64,000 nucleotides of DNA from Callorhinchus milii (lineage: Eukaryota). Position 1 is the stretch's first letter; the number at the start of each line of letters is the position of its first letter. The position numbers and the translations under genes were made by a program. Under the pieces are notes generated by a model. It was not told the origin of the DNA. It did not search any database and worked only from the letters and a program-made list of their open reading frames with translations. Of this stretch, positions 51,701 through 64,000 are shown one piece after another. The DNA is taken from assembly GCF_018977255.1 (NCBI RefSeq), contig NW_024704742.1:28770001-28834000 (forward strand). Reading direction: 5' to 3'.

Positions 51701-51935
51701 GCATTGGGAAAATGGTTACTCTTGACCCCTGGGATCCTATGAAGGAAAGAATTCTGGTAATTGCCACTAGATAGATACATGGTGTTCTGGCAGACATCGT
51801 CTGGATATGAAAGTCTTTCACTTTGGACTGACAATGATCCAATGCTGCTTTCACTGTTGCAGTAAACCCATTTTGTCTTAAACATCAAGATCACGCAAAA
51901 CTGCTGAAAATTCTTAAATTCAAACTTAATTTGAA

Positions 51936-54300
51936 AGGGTCTCACCATCTCGGACATCACCAAAGCTATCTCGGACCACCATTTCACCTCCCTCAACACC
52001 TCAGTACTCCTTCCCCCTTCTGAACCCTCCACCATTACATACCGACCATGGGGGAAAAACAAATTCCTCCCTCTCCCTCTCCACTGCCCTGGAGTCATTT
52101 GAACTCCTACACCTCTGGCCCTCACTGACCAATCTGTCCTACTCACTCTCCTTTCTCCACAACTCCCTCTACTCTAATCTGGACTCCTTTGCTCCTCTCA
52201 CTTCCCGAACTGCCTCATACTCCCGTAAATCCCCCTAGTACACCAGCCATCTCCGTTCCCTCAAGGCACAAGTGTGAGCTGCCGAATGCGCCTGGACCAA
52301 ATCCAAACTAATGGTCCATCGGCAGATTTGGTTCCACCACACCAAGACCTACCACTTGCGCTCTTGCAGCCGCCAAATCCTCCTTCTACTCCAAGGTTAT
52401 CTTGGAGGCAAAGGACAACCCCCGGCTTCTATTTTCCATCACTAACCATCTCCTCCATCCACCTTCCCATACCTCGCCCATCCTCTCCTCAAACTCCAAC
52501 TGTGAGGAGATGCCGGACTTCCTAGAATCTAAAATCGTGGGGATAAGTTCAGCCACTTCTGCCCCGTCCACAGCCACCTCCACATCACCTCTCCCTCATG
52601 ACCTATCCACTCCTATACTCCTTCAACCTTGTCTCTCCCTCCTCCCTCACCACGACTGTCCACAAACTCAAACCCACCACCTGCTCCCTCGATCCCATCC
52701 CACCTCTCTCCTCGTCTCCCAGCTCCACTTTCTGGCCCCCCTCCTGTCTGATGTCATCAACCTCTCCCTGTCCACTGGTTGAGTTCCCACCACCCTAAAA
52801 ACAGCAGTCATCACCCCCATCCTGAAAAAATCTTCCCTGGATCCATTCTTTCTCTCCAGCTACCGCCCCATCTGTAAGCTTCCATTCCTCTCCAAGGTCC
52901 TGGAACGAGTCATCGCTCCGCTCCTTTCTCTCTCACCATTCCCTCTTTGAACCCCTTCAATCCAGCTTCCGCGCTGCCCACAGCACGGAAACAGCCCTGG
53001 TCAAAGTCACTAATCACATTCTAAACATCTATGATCAGGGCTCCCTCTGCCTCCTTGTCCTCTTCAACCTCTCTGCCGCCTTCGACACTGTCGACCACTC
53101 CATCCTCAAACACCGCCTCTCCACTTCACTCAATCTTCACAGACCTGCCCTTGCCTGGTTTGATTCCGATCTCTCTCACAGTCTCCACTTCGTTGCCTCT
53201 AACAGTTTCTCCTCCAGCCCCCTCACTATTACATCTGGCATCCCCCAGGCTCTGTCATTGGCCCTCTCTTCTTTAACATATATGATCCCCCTTGGTGATA
53301 TCATCCGCAGACATGGGGTCAACTTCCATATGTATGGGGATGACACCCAACTCTATCTTTCTGCCTCCACCCTCAACTCCAGGACCACTGCTGTCCTGAC
53401 AGACTGCCTGTGGACATCAAATCCTGGATGAGGGCAAATTTCCTACAGTTGAATGTGAACAAGACTAAGGCCCTCCTGATTGGCTCACGTCAGTGCCTCA
53501 GTACCTCAGGCTCTGGCAGCATCAATCTTCATGGTTGCACACTACAACTCACCAGCCTGTCAGAAACCCAGGTGTCTTGTTCAAACCTCAACCGTCTTTC
53601 TTCCCCACATTCAAGCCATGACCCGAGCTGCCTTCCTTCACCTCCGAAACATCGCCCGACACCGCCACTACCTCACTCCTCAGGCCACTAAAACTCTTGT
53701 TCATGCCTTCATCACCTCCAGGCTCGACTATGCAAATGCCCTGCTTGTCGGCCTTCCCAGTTCCTTCCTCCACAGGCTGCAGATAATCCAGAACTCTGCA
53801 GCCCATGTCTCCTCCCTCACCAAACTCCGTGACCCCATCTCCCCCAATCTCGCCCAACTCCACTGGCTCCCTATCCTTCAGAGGATCCAGTTCAAGATCC
53901 TGGTCCTCATCTACACAGCCCTCCATGGCCTCATCCCACCCTACTTCTGCGACCTCCTAACCCCTTACCCAAGCACCCGTTACCTCCGCTCAGCCGGCTC
54001 TGGCCTGTTTCACGTCCCCCAACCCACCCACCCCTCCATCGGTGGGAGAGCCTTCAGCCACTCTACCCCCAACCTCTGAATTCCATCCCCCAGTCACTCC
54101 GCCTCACCCTCTCCTTATCCTCCTTCAAGTCCCGCCTCAAAACACTCCTCTTCGACCATGCCATCAGCCATCCCCCTTACCTTCCCCTCCCTTCCCCCCC
54201 AACTCCAGTTCGCGTCTGAAATGCTGTACTCTCTCCAGCATCTTGGGACATCCCCCCGACGTGAAAGAAGCTATACAAATGTAATCTTGTTGTTGTTGTT
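51936..54300 (+). mobile_element. L2-clade LINE, 5'-truncated, multiply frameshifted
   Basis: Collinear with 33425-35840: [29 protein letters not shown], degenerate [33 protein letters not shown], stem-loop and (TTG)n. Confidence 0.94.
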
Positions 54301-55494
54301 AATTTGGAGGCTGGTATTTTTTATCTATAAAGTCACTAATCATGTCTTGATTTCCAACAAAGCACCAGAAGCAATGGGATAGCACCTTATTCCTGGAATA
54401 GTTTTCAAACTCAAAGTAGGATTTACATTGATACGTTAAAACACGGTTTTAAAGGAAACCCGAGGCAGAATGCTGAAGGAGGTTTTATCAACACGATTTG
54501 CTGGGGAGAGCAAAGGGTTATTGAAATTGTAGCCTCCTGATGTTGTTGATGCCAAAACTGGTGGAAAACAACTCGTGCAAAGTTGACTTGATTATTTTCT
54601 TTATAGATGAAACCCTCATCAGGAAGAATAATCTAACCTGTGTCCTGCTATTACAAATCAAACAGATTCAAAACATCACCTCAGGTACTTTATTGAATGC
54701 TGCCTGGCTGACTTTGATTGTACTGATGCACTTGAATCGTACGGCAGCAATTGATCACCTGTTTTATGTATTCTGTTGGACATCACAACAACTGCCTTCA
54801 ATTCAGGCTCCTCTGTGCTGTAATATTTGGGATGCTTTGGNAAAAAAAGCATCTACATTTAAACTTCTTAAACGATTCAAAGCATGCAACTGTCAGGAAA
54901 TATCTCCTCACAGAAGTTCTTTTTTGAAAAAAATACACATAAAGCAAAACACCAGTCGTTTTAGTTGAATGTACACCAACTTCAAACACGCAGGGTGTCA
55001 AACAAGACTCCCTGCTTCCCTTGCACTGGACTGAAAAAAATGAGGTGAATGTCAAGCACTTGAAAAGTGTTCACTGCTTCTATTAGCGACTGGCTGCATT
55101 CCAAATAAGGAAATACAATGGGAATTACCAAAGGCTTCGTTCTAAAGCAATTATAAAATCATGGAAAGTTTAGAGAATAAAAACAAAAGAAGGGCATTTG
55201 GCACATCTCGTCTGCACTGGTGCTTAGCTTCTCTACTGGAGCTATCGGCACTGCTCCTAATATAGCTCCAAAATGCACTGTTACTACACTTTACAGTAAA
55301 TCCTGTGAAGCTCTTTGGCACGTCCACCCAACATGAAAAGTGCTATGTCAAACTCAAGGATTATTATTTAGTTATGCTTTAACTATAATACTTTTTTCAC
55401 AAATATTTATCTGATTCCCTTAGAAGATCAATGAATTTGGCTTCATTCATAGAAACGCATTCCTCTAAAACCTCACTCTGCTTACGAAGTTGGA

Positions 55495-55810
55495 GGTTGG
55501 AGCCCCACGTCGGGACTTTGAGCTCAGTCTTGGCCGAAACTCCTAAGAATTGTTGAAGGTGACGTCCTTTGGATTAGACATTAAACTGAGGCCCTAACTG
55601 CCTTTTCAGGTGGACGTTAAAGATCAGATACACTATTCCAAAAGAGAAGGGAGTTTCTCCCGATGTCAGGGTCAACAATCTTCCAAGTAAAATTAGTCGC
55701 TCATGACATTTTGTAGGACATTGCTGTGCACAAACTGACTGCTGCATTTTGCCTACATTCTAAAATAAATCCTGTGAAGCTCTTTGATATGTCCTCCTGA
55801 TATGAAATCT
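55495..55810 (+). mobile_element. old Deu-type SINE, partial
   Basis: TTGGATTAGACATTAAACTGAGGCCC..CAGGTGGACGTTAAAGATC...TTTGTAGGACATTGCTGTGCACAAACTGACTGC is the sense Deu domain. Confidence 0.75.
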
Positions 55811-55827
55811 ACTAAATTAATAAATAA

Positions 55828-56030
55828 ATAAATTGGTCACTTCAATCCACGACTCTTTGTGGGCCACTGCTGTGCACAATTGGCTGCTGTGTTTCTCCCA
55901 CAAAATACAGTCAATTCACCTCACAGTATATTCTGTGAAGTGCTTTTAGATGTCTCGAAGACATGATACGGGGTTATATCAAATGCAAGAATTATTATTA
56001 TTACTACATCAAATGCAAGGACTATTATTG
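55828..56030 (+). mobile_element. SINE family A, 5'-truncated, duplicated tail end
   Basis: Deu-like block and tail; ATCAAATGCAAG occurs twice in tandem. Confidence 0.82.
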
Positions 56031-57028
56031 AGGAGTATGGAGAAAAGTACAGAAATGGGATTAAAATATGCTTTGATCCAATAAACTGGTGGAAGAGACT
56101 CCATGAGCTGAATGATCTCTTCCTTTGCGGTATTCCTTAAGTATTCCTTAAGCATGCCGAGTTTTATCCTGTAATATCTTAACAGGTCTCAGGCAGTAAT
56201 GTTCCCCCCCCCCCCCCCCATACACACACACCCATATATTTTCAAACTGATCACCCTATCACAAGATCACACCCCATCATAAAGTCTGGCTGAAGAAGTC
56301 TCTTCGACCCATCCGATCTCATCCTTCCTGAACGCCCACCCTACATTCCCCTATCAGAACATCAGATTGCTTTTTAATTGAATGCAGTGGCCTTGGCTCA
56401 ACCACCCTTCCTGGCAACCTGTTCCAGTCATTAATTAGATCTAAATAAAGAAAAACTTCCTGTTATCTGTCCTGAAATTGTCTTGGAGTTAAGACATCAA
56501 CCCATATTTCAAATGACATATGTGGCTTTTAGAGAGGTTGTTTTTGTTTTGATGCGTTATGAGTTACACAGAAGTGGATCTAATCTTTATCTTTGATGTC
56601 TTCTTTTGAAGCATGACTTGTCATTCATTGGGCTTGTGTCTCAATAGACTATTTGTGCAATCAGATCGGCGTCTAAAACAGAAATCTTTGTATGCCAAAT
56701 CCAAGCCACCTCATGTTCAATAATGAACTGGTTGTAAATATTACTATTCACGGTACAAAGCAAAATATTGCAAAATCCTTCACTTCAGGAGTGATTTATT
56801 ACTGGAAAATAGGACTTTCTTTCCCTTCTATTCAAGGGTTTAAAAAAAAATTCATCATTTCACCATGATATCATGATCTAAGTCCAAACAGTACCAGGGA
56901 TTGACAGATTCAGCAGCGCTGTGTTCGAATGGGATGTTTGATACCAGAAGTCTTTATTCTCATCTTGTGTGATTGAAGTGCTGCAGCACTGAATTAATCA
57001 GCTTCTGCAGGAAGAGTAATGAACACTT

Positions 57029-58003
57029 TAAGAACATAAGAATTAGGAGCAGGAGTAGGCCATTCGGCCCCTCAAGCCTGCTCCGCCATTCAATAAGATC
57101 ATGGCTGATCTATTCTAACTCCACCTACCCGCCTTATCCTCATATCCCTTAATCCCTTTATCCACAAGAAATCTATCAATCTCAGTCTTGAATATGTTCA
57201 AGGACTGAGCGTCTACAGCCCTTTGGGGTAGAGAATTCCATAAATTCACTACCCTCTGAGTGATGCTTTTTAATTGAATGCAACTCAGTGCGAAAGGGCT
57301 TACCCCTAATTTTAAGACTGTGACCCCTGGTTATAGTTTCTCCAACCAAGGGAAAAAGTCTTCCACTATCTATTCTATCATGCCCCTTTATAATCTTATA
57401 GGTTTCTATAAGATCATCTCTCATTCTTCTATATTCTAGAGAATATAGGCCTAAATTGCTCAACCTATCCTCATAATTCATCCCCCTCATCCCAGGTACC
57501 AACCTAGTGAATCTACGTTGTACCCCCTCCAAGGCGAGTACATCCTTTCTTAAATAAGGAGACCAAAACTGCACACAATATTCTAGATGCGGTCTCACCA
57601 GGGCCCTATACAGTTGCAGCAAGACTTCCCTATTCTTATACTCTAACCCTTTTGTAACAAATGCCAACATACCATTAGCCTTCCTAATTGCTTGCTGTAC
57701 CTGCAAACTAACTTTTTGTGACTGGTGTACAAGGACACCCAAGTCCCTTTGAATGCTAACACTACTTAGTCTCTCCCCTTCTAAAAAATAATCTGCTTTA
57801 CTGTTTTTACCACCTGGCTGGATGACTTCACACTTCTCTACATTATACTTCATTTGCCACCTATTTGCCCACTCACCTAGCCTATCTATATCTCATTACA
57901 TTTTTTTAATGTCATCCTCGGTGTTTACTCTCCCTCCTAGTTTAGTGTCATCCGTGAATTTGGATATATTAATTTCAATGTCCTCATCTAGATTGTTGAT
58001 GTA
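57029..58003 (-). mobile_element. CR1 LINE 3' portion
   Basis: ORF 57182-57853(-): MKYNVEKCEVI...RDLGVLV...LYRALVRPHLEYCVQFWSP...LEGVQRRFTRLVPG...TRGHSLKI; terminal (TTCTTATG)n. Confidence 0.95.
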
Positions 58004-58274
58004 TGGTGTGATGGTGCAATCTAACTGACTGCTCTCCACTCACTTTATTGTGTGAGATCCTATTAGATCTGATAAAACACAGACTTGATCCTATTATCTT
58101 TTTTCAATTTATCTTAGAATAATAGGGATCCAGAAACCATTAAATCAAGATTTTGCAATAAGATGTTCCATCGACATTTCTCATTTAGGATGTGATATTA
58201 TTGAGCAACTTACAACAGAGGTCACTGGATCAGGATCTGCAGGAGCAGGAGTTGTGCTTGATATCGAAATTGTA

Positions 58275-58458
58275 CATAGCAGCGTCCCACAAACAGTCGT
58301 GGATTGAGTCACCACATTTTTCTTGTTGTTTTTCTTGAAGGATTATTATCAGGCGTGAGAAATAAGGAAACTTGTCCAAGGTTTCGCCCTGCCGGGAATT
58401 GAACCCATGTCTCTCACTTGCGAGGTGAGTGCTCTAACCACTGAGCTATAGGACTCCA
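58275..58458 (-). mobile_element. SINE family A, head half only
   Basis: Antisense TGGAGTCCTATAGCTCAGTGGTTAGAGC and GGGTTCAATTCCC; stops inside the Deu-like block. Confidence 0.85.
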
Positions 58459-58991
58459 CTGAGTACACATTCCATTTCAGCCACAGGGAAATTCTCATGT
58501 GGATGTGGCATATGTATATGGAACTCTCAGTCTGGTTTGAATACTCTTAAAGATGATGATGGGTTTCCACAAGTGTCATACCCCGAGCTGACCAAAATAA
58601 ATGTCTAGATTGGAGTTTTTAGCTGCATGAGCGACCTTGTCTAATCCCATTCTCCCCAAACCCTTCAGTATTCTTTTTATAGTTACTTTAACAACTAAAT
58701 AACTAACTCAGCATGGGCTGGAATTAAAGCTGAAATGTCTTGATCAGTAGAGCTCAGCTGCATACCTGGCTATGTACTTCACCACATGAGCCAATGGGAG
58801 AGATTTTTAAAAATTCTTTATGCCTTTTCCCATTTGCTTGCAAGCAGACAACAAGGGATGTAATTTGAATTTTGAGAAACAACCCTGAATCATTGACATG
58901 CAATGGCATTGTAATGGAATGGAAATCTGGAACTCTCTCCCCCCAAAAATTGTGGTTGCTGGATCCATTCATATTTTCAAGATGGAGGTAC

Positions 58992-60545
58992 TAAGAACAT
59001 AAGAAATGCTAGACGAAAAAAGACCAACGTCCATATAGTTTACCGTCCACCTTCCTGGTGTTATGTCCCAAACTACCTATGTATTATATGCCATAATGTT
59101 ATTTCCTAAAAGAAAACTACCTAATTTGTGTTTGAAAGAATCTACACGTCCTGCTTTAACCGTCTCCCTCAGGAGTCTGATCCACAAGTTCACTGTTCAC
59201 TCACTGAAATAGTGTTGGTGTAGATTTGTTCTGAATTTACACCACTTCAATCGCAGGCCATGTCCTCTAGTTCTACTATTCTGGATAAGTTGAAACAGCC
59301 TGTCATGATCTATAGTGTCTAGTCCCTTTGGAATCTTAAAGACATCGCCTCTCAATCTTCTCTTTTCCAGCTTGAAGATATCCAATTTACTTAGTTGCTC
59401 CTCATAGTCCAGTCCTTCCATTTCTTCATTCACTTTGGTTGCCCTCCTCTGTATCTTCTTGATTTCTTCAATATCCTTTTTGTACTGGGGTGACCAGAAC
59501 TGTACCCAGTACTCTAAGTATGGACACACCAATGATTTATACAGTGGCAGGATTACCCCATTATTTCAGCTTGCTATTGATCTTCTGATACATTCCAACA
59601 TCTTTACTCACTGACACATAGCATTATTGGAAGTGCTTCAATTTATTGTCAATCAGGAGCGCCAGATTGTTTTCATTTTCCATACATATTATTTTCCTTC
59701 CGTTCAAATAATAGATCCTTCCAGGATATTTTTGTCCCCATGTGAAGTACTTTACATTTCTCCACATTGAATTTCATCTGCCACCAATCTGCCCAATTCC
59801 CAATTATGTTCAAGTCCTCCTGCAACTTAGCTTGTTTAGCTTCGTAATCTACCACCTTCATTAGCTTGGTATCATCTGCAAGCTTAGCACTGTGCTTGTG
59901 ATTCCTAGTTCCAGATCATTTATAAAAACATTGAACAAAAGAAGTCCCAAAACAGACCCTTGTGGAACTCCACTGGTAACATTTTTCCAGTCTGATGACA
60001 TTCCCTGTACCACCACCCTCTGGGTTCTTCCAATCAATCAATTGCGTAATATACCTCCACTGAATCCTTTTTTTTATTTTTTTACTGTTACTTTCAGTAC
60101 CAGCCCCTCAAGAGGAACTGTATCAAGGCCTTCTGAAATCCAGATGTATAACACCAACAAGCTTACCCTTATCAAGCTCCCTTGTCACACTGTCAAAGAA
60201 AACCAGAAATTAAATTGGCAAGACCTTCCCATGAACCCATATTGGCTATCATTGATGATTTATTTCTGTCCAGATGCTCCATGATTTTATCCTTAATAAG
60301 TCTCCATAATTTTACCACAATGGACGTCAAGCTTACTGGTCTGTAGTTTCCTGGGTCACTTTTATTACTTTCTTAAAAATAGGGGTAACATCTGCCTTTA
60401 TCCAGTCTCCCGGCACCTCTCCAGTATTCAGTGATTTTTGAAAGATTTGTGCCAGGTTTCTGCGGCTTCCTCCCTTAGTTCCTTAAGGAACCTCGGATGC
60501 AATTTATCTGGCTCTTGAGATTTATTTACCTTAAGTTTACACAGC
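58992..60545 (-). mobile_element. CR1 LINE 3' portion, different subfamily, decayed
   Basis: Minus strand: [60 protein letters not shown]; terminal TTCTTATGTTCTTA. Confidence 0.92.
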
Positions 60546-60659
60546 TGTTTGGCAACCACGCTGGTAGTGATATGAATCGTGTTGCAACTTTTCTCTGTGA
60601 CATCCTTCAGCTCTCTTTGCAGATCAGATAGGTTACCTGTCTCCTCCTTGGTATATTGT

Positions 60660-61866
60660 CTCCCTCCACCACGGCTCCTGCCACTCTCTCTCTGCTGCGT
60701 TCAACACAGTCGAACATGGCATCCTCCTCCACCGCCTCTCCTCCCTCATTTACCTTTGTGGGACAGCACTCGCATGGTTCTAGTCCTACTTAACCTACCG
60801 CCTTCATTTCATCTCAGCAAATGGTTTCTTCCCCCACCCCCACTCGGTCACCTGTAGGGTACCCCATGGCTCCATCCTTGGCCCTCTTTTTTTTCCTTTT
60901 CTCTTTGCTCCTTCTGGGTGATGTCACACGCAGACACAGAGTAAACTTCCACATGTATTTACAAATTTGCTTTGTCTCCTCCAGTACCAACTCCAGGTCC
61001 GCCGATGTTCTGTCAGCTTGTCTGCCAGACACCTGGATGAATGTAAACTTACTGCAGCTGAATATGGACAAGAAGGAAACCAGTCTCCTTGGCTCCCATC
61101 AACGTCTTCACTCCTTTGGATCTAAACTCCTCAACCTCACTGGGTTCTCACTCAGACTCACCAAACCAGTGCGCAACCTCGGCATCCAGTTCGACCCCCA
61201 ACTGTCCTTCCTCCCCCACATCCGATCCCTGACCAGGACCACTTTCTTCCACCTCCACCACATTGCCCACCTCCGACCATACCTTACCCCAAATGCTGCC
61301 GAAACCCTCATGCAATTATTACCTCCCGCTTGGATTACTCCAATGCACACCTCGCCGGCCTCCCCAGCCCCACCATTCACAAGATACAGCTCATTCAAAA
61401 CTCTGCCGGCCACATACTGACCCAAACCAAACTCCATACCCACATCTCACCAGTTCTGGCCAGGCTCCACTGGTTCCCCATCACTAAACGGATCGACTTC
61501 AAGATCCTCACTCTCGTGTTCAAAAAATCCATTCACTCCCTGGCACCTCCCTACCTCTCCAACCTCCTCACTCCCCAATCCACCACCCAGTGCTTCCGCT
61601 TGTCTGGCACTGGCCTCTTGCTCATCCCACGCACCCTCTGCTCCGTGTTTTCAGCCACTTATGCCACAAAACTCTGGAACACTCTCCCTCCGCCTTGCCC
61701 ACTCTTTCCCTTCTTTCAGGTCTTGCCTGAAAACTTTCTTGTTTGTGCTTATGGCCACCTCCCCTTCTCCCCCCGGCTCAGAGTCAGGCTTTGCCACTGT
61801 TAAACGCTCTGAAATGCTACCCTGCATGGAGGGCACTGTATAAGTGCAAGTTGTTGTTGTTGTTGT
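60660..61866 (+). mobile_element. L2 3' portion (second subfamily)
   Basis: [57 protein letters not shown]; tail ATGCTACCCTGCATGGAGGGCACTGTATAAGTGCAAG(TTG)n. Confidence 0.9.
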
Positions 61867-62079
61867 CTGTCCAACAAGGACTGCCCTGTTCATTACAGCA
61901 GGATTAACAGGGTTGCAAGGTTAATTTAAACAATACATTGAGATGGATGGAAAATAATCGCATCGAAAGGTGCTTTTGTTTAGAAAAATCACATCCCTTA
62001 ATTAAATTGTTTCAATTTGTTGTTCTGGTCATGTTGGTCAAGTCTCATTCCTGGTGGTGTAATTGGGCAAAGTGATGAG

Positions 62080-62780
62080 TAAAGAGATGGATTACAAATA
62101 ATTTAGATAAATAATGCGTAATGCATATTGGAACAGGAAGCAGCATTGCGTACAGGATGAAAGAATGTCCATTAGAGTTGATGGAGAGGGGAAAAATCTG
62201 GGTGGAATTATTGATCAGTCAAAGCTTACAGTGAACGCGAAGCTCCTTTCAACAAAGCTAATCTAATATTCGGCTAAATCATTACTTTGACTATAAGTAG
62301 CGTGAAGGTATTCCAACTTGGTGTAGATTTGGTTAAACTGCATTTGAAATAGTGTGCACAGTTTTGGGAACACTACTTTCAAACCTATTGATTAATTGAA
62401 GAAGGAATCAGAGAAGGTATTGGCCTTGGAAGGCATTCAACAATATTTAATACATGGAATGAAGCTTTGATGAGAGGCTGGGTAGACTTGGCTCATATTC
62501 CCTAGAAATTAGTAGATTAACTCGTGATCTGACTGAGGTATCTAAAGTAATGAGAGAAACCGATAAACAAGATACGGGATGATTACTTTGGTGGAGGTAT
62601 TCAGAACAAGGGAACATTGCCTTAAAATTAGAGCTAAGACAATTAGAGATGAAAACTGGAGATATTTCCACACAGAGAATGTTGTGAGAATATAGAAGGC
62701 ACTGACCGAGAAAGTGATGATAATAATAATATTATTTTAATATAAAGATTATGTGACTCATTCTAAAAGAGAAGTGAGCT
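62080..62780 (+). mobile_element. highly decayed CR1 fragment
   Basis: TTGGTTAAACTGCATTTGAAATAGTGTGCACAGTTTTGG (LVxxHLxxCAQFW), GAGAGGCTGGGTAGACTTGGCTCATATTCCCTAGAA (ERLGRLGSYSLE), ACAAGGGAACAT. Confidence 0.75.
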
Positions 62781-63074
62781 TATTTTGGTGTCCTGGTCAA
62801 GAATCCCCCAAATAAAATTGGTTAACACTTCATGGCTATTTACGGACATTGTTGTGTACAATTTGAAACAACTGGACTTCACAATAAAATCATGTAAAGT
62901 GTCTCAAGACATCTCAAGAACATAATAAAACACTATATCAAATTCAAGATTTATATTATATATGTGTGGGTATCAACCATTGCCATTCTGTTTTTAGGTG
63001 GCAGTATTAAACATTGCACTCTTTAAGGCTCCTCAAAAGCTGTAAATAATTTCTGCAAGATGATGTAAATACCA

Positions 63075-63240
63075 ACCCATACAGACCAGAAAGGTGCCAG
63101 ATTCGTCCCTGGACTTTGCTGAGTCAGTTGGTCTCAAAGGATGGTGATAGTGGGATGTGGTTTCTCTAATTTGTCTCAATGTTTCTGTCCAGGGAGAAAC
63201 AATTTAGCAACATGTCTTGCTCCTGGTAATTAACTGTTGA
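63075..63240 (+). mobile_element. old SINE family B head fragment
   Basis: CCATACAGACCAGAAAGGTGCCAGATTCGTCCCTGGACTTTGCTGAGTCAG, shared with 42560-42610. Confidence 0.55.
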
Positions 63241-63665
63241 AATGTGAAAGGGTCAGCACTCACCAGTGACATCTGAATTTGTTGATGGATCATTCATTGT
63301 ACATAGAACTGCATAGAACGATCTAGCTCAGAAACAGGCCATCCCGTCCCAACTAGTCCATGCCGGTGTTTATACACATGAGCCTCCCTTTGCCCTCATG
63401 TATGAATTGAGTTAAATACTTTGATGCTTTCTGCTTAACTGCAGCTTCAGGCATTTGGATTTATCATGTACTGACCTGTAATGCCAGCAATATTTTTGTC
63501 TTATGTTTGTCATGTCATTTCAGAAAATGGGACACCCCTTCATAAGTACAAAATGGAAAGACTGTTAATGTTAACAGTCAGGGTGTGATAGCTTCCCAGG
63601 TAGGAGTGGTGATGCAAAAGAATAAATGAATCAAAGCATTTAGGAGAGCAGATGATGTGAAAAAA

Positions 63666-63854
63666 AAGCTTTAATTGGAGGACTCAATTAATGCACTAAA
63701 CTTATAATGTTCCTTGAGTTTGATATCATTCCCTCTATATGGCACTTGACTTCATAGTCAAGGCTGACACTCCAATGCAATGTAGAGGGAATGATATCAA
63801 ACTCAAGGAACATTATAAGTTTAGCACATTAATTGAGTCCTCCAATTAAAGCTT
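63666..63854. repeat. near-perfect inverted duplication: 72-bp arms, 45-bp spacer
   Basis: 63666-63737 is the reverse complement of 63783-63854 with 2 mismatches. Confidence 0.95.
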
Positions 63855-64000
63855 ATATTTTTGCACTGCACTGGAGTGGTCAGCCTCAACTGTGACCTCA
63901 AGTCTTCAGGTAGAACTTAAATCCGCAGATGAAAATACCATCAAATGAGCCAAATTTGAACACGTAGGGAACAAAATGTTGTGTACAGCCCAGAAGAGGA

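Noticed and set aside
54841..54841. Single N bases (also 38414)
   Set aside because: Both sit at homopolymer edges, so they are sequencing or assembly ambiguity. This also means some LINE frameshifts could be sequencing errors.

Overview
Repeat-rich vertebrate genomic DNA with no protein-coding exon, RNA gene or CRISPR array that I can support; it reads as intronic or intergenic. The repeat content points to a cartilaginous fish, possibly a chimaera such as the elephant shark; this is inferred from repeat families only. Contents: (1) L2-clade LINEs, including two large 5'-truncated ORF2 copies (about 33.1-35.8 kb and 51.9-54.3 kb) and many 3' fragments. (2) CR1-clade LINE fragments. (3) A young tRNA-headed SINE with a CORE-like segment, a Deu-like segment and an L2-type tail (about 11 copies with a head plus many tail-only pieces). 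(4) An older full Deu-type SINE and a third old SINE family. (5) One decayed non-LTR reverse transcriptase at 15.2-16.6 kb that is neither L2 nor CR1 and is the most unusual element here. (6) A Penelope-type fold-back insertion with a 12-bp target-site duplication and a truncated hammerhead ribozyme core. (7) Several local inverted and tandem duplications. Nearly all ORFs in the supplied track are retroelement pieces or chance ORFs. Boundaries of decayed repeats are approximate (about +/-20-40 bp).
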